A stretch of DNA of 40,308 nucleotides from Alphaproteobacteria bacterium (lineage in GTDB: Bacteria; Pseudomonadota; Alphaproteobacteria; DATDPM01): assembly GCA_041479345.1 (NCBI GenBank), contig JBGOXX010000002.1, positions 1 through 40,308 of the forward strand. Direction: 5' to 3'. Each line of letters starts with the position of its first letter. Within the stretch, counting starts at the first letter, position 1. The translations under genes were made by a program, and so were the position numbers. Positions 36,737 through 40,308 of this stretch are shown one piece after another. Under the pieces are notes generated by a model. It made no database searches and had not been told where the DNA came from. It worked only from the letters and a program-made list of their open reading frames with translations.

Positions 36737-37641
36737 ACAAAGAACCCAGAAAGCAACGCGGCAAAAAGCGCCGCAACGAAGGCCGCAGGCTGTTCTGCTT
36801 CGGTCTCGGTTATTCTGCGCGCTGGCTTTCCCGGATGCTCCTTGCCGAAGGCTTTACCGTCGCCGGCACGACAAGGGACCCGCCGTCGGCACCTCACGCC
36901 GAAGGCATTACGGTCTACCCGTTCTCCCGCGAGAATCCCCTGAAGGATCCGGCGGAAGCTCTGGCGGGCGTCACCCATATCCTGAACTCGATTCCGCCGG
37001 ATACCTGCGATCCGGTTATCAACGTTCACGGCGCCGATATCATCGCGTTGGCGCCCAATCTCCAATGGGTCGGCTATCTTTCGACGACCGGTGTCTATGG
37101 CGATAAGCAGGGCGATTGGGTCGACGAAGAATCGGTCTTGGAGCCTACCGGAGAACGCGGCCGCCGCCGCATGGGGGCCGAAGCGGCCTGGCTCGATTTA
37201 TGGTTCGATGACGGCCTGCCGGTCCACATCTTCCGTCTGGCGTCGATCTACGGGCCGGGCCGCAACGCGCTCGAAGAAATCAAATCCGGCAGAGCCAAGC
37301 GGGTGGTGAAGGAAGGACAGGTTTTTTCGCGGATTCACGTTACTGATATCGCCAACATCCTCCGCAGCTCGATGGCGCATCCGAATCCCGGCCGCGTCTA
37401 TAATGTCTGCGACGATATGGCCGCACCGCCCCAAGACGTGATCGCCTTTGCGGCGTCGCTCTTGGGACGCGACCCGCCGCCGGAAACGCCCTTCGAGCAG
37501 GCGGGGCTGAGCGACATGGCGAAAAGTTTCTACGCCGACAACAAGCGGGTGCGGAACGACCGGATCAAGGATGAGCTGGGCGTAGCACTTGCGTATCCGG
37601 ATTATCGGGCGGGACTTCGTTCGCTGCTCGATTCGCTATAG
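36733..37641 (+). CDS. SDR-family NAD(P)-dependent oxidoreductase / epimerase-like protein
   Basis: 302 aa with a degenerate Rossmann N-terminus (LFCFGLGYSARWLSRML..GFTVAGTTRD), a YGP..N motif region, and an extended-SDR-like architecture. Confidence 0.8.
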   Translation: MNKEPRKQRGKKRRNEGRRLFCFGLGYSARWLSRMLLAEGFTVAGTTRDPPSAPHAEGITVYPFSRENPLKDPAEALAGVTHILNSIPPDTCDPVINVHGADIIALAPNLQWVGYLSTTGVYGDKQGDWVDEESVLEPTGERGRRRMGAEAAWLDLWFDDGLPVHIFRLASIYGPGRNALEEIKSGRAKRVVKEGQVFSRIHVTDIANILRSSMAHPNPGRVYNVCDDMAAPPQDVIAFAASLLGRDPPPETPFEQAGLSDMAKSFYADNKRVRNDRIKDELGVALAYPDYRAGLRSLLDSL

Positions 37642-37664
37642 ACCCCCCGCCGTCCAGTCGCCGC

Positions 37665-38441
37665 TCATCCGATTTTTGACAGCACGCGCTCCAGCGCCGC
37701 GAAGACGTGCTCCAGGAAGGGCGGGTCCGACATCCGGTGATCGCCGTCCTTCACCAGCGTCACCGTCACGTCGGATGCGGCAAGCCCGCCGGCAAGCTTG
37801 ATCGATGTATCAAAGGGAACCTCCGGGTCCTTCATGCCGTGAACCAGGACCACCGGGCAATGGATCGGGATTTCGCCGCGCAATACGAGCTGGTTACGGC
37901 CGTCTTCGATGAGCGCGCGGGTGATCGGACAGCGAGGCTCGCCTTGGTCGTCGGGAAGATAACAAACGCCATCCCGTTCCAATGCAGTGCGCTGTTCCGC
38001 CGTCGTCCATTTCCCGAGCAGATCTTCGGTAAAATCCGGGGCGGCCGCGATGCCGACCATTCCAGCGATGCGTTCCGGTCTTGCTCGCGCCAGGAGCAGC
38101 ATGATCCATCCGCCCATGGATGAACCGACGAGAATTTGCGGGCCCTTGGCCACGGTATCGAGGACCGCCAGCGCGTCGTTGGCCCAACTGCCGATCGTGC
38201 CGTCGATGAATTTGCCGCTGGATTGGCCATGTCCCGTATAATCGAAGCGGACGAAGGCTTGGCCCTGGTCCCGGCAGAACGTTTCCAAGGCCATGGCCTT
38301 GGTGCCGGTCATATCCGACATAAAGCCGCCGAGAAACATCACGCCCGGAGACCGTCCTGGCGTAAAATGGTAAGCGATGCGCCGTTCGTCCGTTTCCAAA
38401 ACTTGCGGCGCGTGCGGCGTTGGACTAAGGGGATCGTTCAT
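37665..38441 (-). CDS. Alpha/beta hydrolase (ABHD10-like)
   Basis: Nucleophile elbow VGSSMGGW, HG-containing N-terminal region (VMFLGGFMSDMTG), and a C-terminal GDH catalytic His region. Start taken at MNDPLS (38441), because the track's 38516 start would overlap the divergent GT gene. Confidence 0.8.
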   Translation of the reverse strand: MNDPLSPTPHAPQVLETDERRIAYHFTPGRSPGVMFLGGFMSDMTGTKAMALETFCRDQGQAFVRFDYTGHGQSSGKFIDGTIGSWANDALAVLDTVAKGPQILVGSSMGGWIMLLLARARPERIAGMVGIAAAPDFTEDLLGKWTTAEQRTALERDGVCYLPDDQGEPRCPITRALIEDGRNQLVLRGEIPIHCPVVLVHGMKDPEVPFDTSIKLAGGLAASDVTVTLVKDGDHRMSDPPFLEHVFAALERVLSKIG

Positions 38442-38464
38442 GGCGCGTCTAACATAATCCGGGC

Positions 38465-39706
38465 ATGACGGCTCAAGCAAAGCTTGCGGAGTTAGCCTCG
38501 ACCCCGGCGAAAGCACCGGCCCGCTCGGGACGTCCGGTCGTGCTTCAGGTCCTGCCGTCCCTCGACACCGGCGGGGTCGAGCGGGGAACGGTCGATATCG
38601 CCGCTGCCGTCGTGAAATCCGGCGGCACCGCCATCGTCGTCTCTTCGGGCGGATTGATGGTGCGGGAACTCGAGCGCACGGGTGCTAGGCACATCGCGAT
38701 GCCCGTCCATTCAAAAAATCCGCTGGTGATGTGGCAAAACGTCTCGCGGCTCGTGCGGTTGATCGAAAAACACGATGTCGATATCGTCCATGTTCGAAGC
38801 CGGGCGCCCGCCTGGAGCGCTTACTACGCGGCCAAACGCACCCAACGCGCCTTCGTCACGACCTTTCACGGCACTTATAGCCACACGAATATTTTCAAAC
38901 GCGCCTACAACCGCATCATGTTGCGGGGCGATCGCGTCATTGCGATTTCCCATTTCATTGCCGATCACATCCGCGACGTTTACCGCGTCGAAGGCCCGCA
39001 GATCCGGGTCATTCACCGCGGCATCGATCTCGATCTTTTCAGCCCCCATTCGGTAACGCCGGAGCGGCTCATCGGTCTCGCGGAACGCTGGCGGGTGACC
39101 GAAGGCATGCCGATCGTCATGCTGCCCGGCCGCCTGACGGCCTGGAAAGGCCAGCGGCTATTGATCGAAGCGCTGGCCCGGCTGGGGCGCAACGATATCC
39201 GTTGCCTGATCGTTGGCTCCGATCAGGGGCGCGAAGGCTATCGCCGCTCCCTCGAAAGCCTGATCGACCGGCGCGGGCTTCTGGGCGTCGTGCAAGTCGC
39301 CGATCACTGCCGCGACATGCCGGCCGCCTATATGCTGGCCGATGTGGTGGTTTCGGCGTCGACCGATCCGGAGGCGTTTGGGCGGGTGGCCGCCGAGGCC
39401 CAGGCGATGGGCCGTCCGGTGGTGGCGAGCAATCACGGCGCAGCCCGCGAAACCGTACTTTCCGGCCAAACCGGAATTCTCTTTCCGCCCGGCGATGCCG
39501 AGGCCTTGGCGATGGCGTTGGCCGAAGCCCTGGCGCTCAAATCCGCCGCCCGCGAGGCCCTGGCGGCGGCGGCGATCGCGCATATCCGCGACAATTTCTC
39601 GAAAGAGAAAATGTGCGTCGAGACAATCGCTCTCTATGCCGAGCTCATCGCCGAGCGCGCGCAAAGGGACGAATCGCAAGCCGGGCGTGCCGAGGCGGCG
39701 GTTTGA
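38465..39706 (+). CDS. Glycosyltransferase family 4 (GT-B fold, probably LPS core biosynthesis)
   Basis: 413 aa with N-terminal VLPSLDTGGVERGT and the C-terminal EX7E-like region (EAFGRVAAEAQAMGRPVVAS). It is adjacent to a heptosyltransferase gene. Confidence 0.88.
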   Translation: MTAQAKLAELASTPAKAPARSGRPVVLQVLPSLDTGGVERGTVDIAAAVVKSGGTAIVVSSGGLMVRELERTGARHIAMPVHSKNPLVMWQNVSRLVRLIEKHDVDIVHVRSRAPAWSAYYAAKRTQRAFVTTFHGTYSHTNIFKRAYNRIMLRGDRVIAISHFIADHIRDVYRVEGPQIRVIHRGIDLDLFSPHSVTPERLIGLAERWRVTEGMPIVMLPGRLTAWKGQRLLIEALARLGRNDIRCLIVGSDQGREGYRRSLESLIDRRGLLGVVQVADHCRDMPAAYMLADVVVSASTDPEAFGRVAAEAQAMGRPVVASNHGAARETVLSGQTGILFPPGDAEALAMALAEALALKSAAREALAAAAIAHIRDNFSKEKMCVETIALYAELIAERAQRDESQAGRAEAAV

Positions 39707-39751
39707 GCGCCCGTCATCGCCGCGCGTCCGGATTTTGACCCGGATTTTGAT

Positions 39752-40308
39752 GTGGAACGAATTCTCGTCATCAAGCTCGGCGCGCTCGGCGATTTCATCC
39801 AAGCGCTCGGGCCCCTGCAGGCGATCCGGCGGCACCACGCCCGGGCCTCCATCGTGCTCCTCACCACCGCGCCTTTCGCGCCGCTGGGGGCTCAAAGCGG
39901 TCTTTGCGACGATGTTTGGGTCGATCGCCGGGCGCCGTTCTGGAACATTCCGGCGACGTTGCGGCAAACTCGCCAACTCATCGCCGGCCGGTTCGACCGG
40001 GTGTATGACCTTCAAACCTCGCAACGGACGACGTGGTACTCGCTTTTGTGGCGGGCCCTGAACGGCGGCCGGATTCCCGAATGGTCCGGTATCGCGCCGT
40101 TCTGTTCCCACGCCCATGCCAATCCCGCGCGCAATTCGATGCACACCGTCGACCGGCAGGCCGAGCAACTCCGGATCGCCGGAATCGCCACGATCGGTCT
40201 CCCCGATATCGCCTTTCTGTCCGCCGATATCACGCGTCTCCATTTGCCGACGCGCTATGCGGTGTTGATTCCGGGAGCGGCCGGCCATCGTCCGGAAAAG
40301 CGCTGGCC
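39752..40308 (+). CDS. ADP-heptose:LPS heptosyltransferase (GT9), N-terminal part. The 3' end lies outside the window.
   Basis: This frame is not listed in the ORF track because it runs off the window. From GTG 39752 it reads VERILVIKLGALGDFIQALGPLQAIRRHH...YDLQTSQRT...AVLIPGAAGHRPEKRW, a typical GT9 N-domain. The SD is weak, so the start is tentative. Confidence 0.8.
   Translation, partial: MERILVIKLGALGDFIQALGPLQAIRRHHARASIVLLTTAPFAPLGAQSGLCDDVWVDRRAPFWNIPATLRQTRQLIAGRFDRVYDLQTSQRTTWYSLLWRALNGGRIPEWSGIAPFCSHAHANPARNSMHTVDRQAEQLRIAGIATIGLPDIAFLSADITRLHLPTRYAVLIPGAAGHRPEKRW

Noticed and set aside
39158-40288. 376-aa minus-strand ORF over the GT4 / heptosyltransferase genes
   Set aside because: It is antisense to two genes with clear glycosyltransferase motifs, and its sequence is Arg/Gly/Pro-rich and low-complexity.

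Overview
This is high-GC DNA (about 60-65% in the stretches I counted), and its gene content and synteny look alphaproteobacterial, probably Rhodospirillales-like. The window is almost entirely conserved housekeeping backbone.

Gene layout:
- Plus strand: addA (5'-truncated by the window edge) and trxA.
- Minus strand: pyrF-trpF-trpB-trpA-accD-folC, then aroA-cmk-rpsA-sppA-ihfB-lapA.
- Plus strand: a TIGR02300-type zinc-ribbon gene and tRNA-Ala(GGC).
- A short, more variable segment: a decayed hydrolase paralog, an intact secreted alpha/beta hydrolase, hsp20 with a ROSE-like leader, DUF1150, and a Rap1a/Tai4-like periplasmic protein.
- Minus strand: kdsD-lptC-lptA-lptB-rpoN-hpf-ptsN, then an RNase D-like exonuclease and tRNA-Leu(CAG).
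- An NDUFA9-like SDR, an orphan wHTH-nucleotidyltransferase ORF, and uppP.
- gltD-gltB in the small-then-large subunit order known from Azospirillum.
- GST, a small Met-rich secreted ORF, an SDR, an ABHD10-like hydrolase, a GT4 glycosyltransferase, and a 3'-truncated GT9 heptosyltransferase.

I found no CRISPR array, transposase, integrase, prophage or recognisable multi-gene defence system.

The items most worth a second look are:
- the lower-GC orphan wHTH-NTase gene wedged between core genes;
- the ROSE-type RNA thermometer candidate in front of hsp20-DUF1150;
- an orphan Rap1a-like gene with no T6SS nearby;
- several short tandem duplications that copy the stop-codon ends of ptsN and rnd;
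- an AT-rich, palindrome-rich gap with a tiny ORF;
- palindromes over a putative gltDB promoter.

All calls come from reading the translations and DNA by eye. No database search or folding program was run, and many long antisense ORFs in the track are treated as high-GC artefacts.
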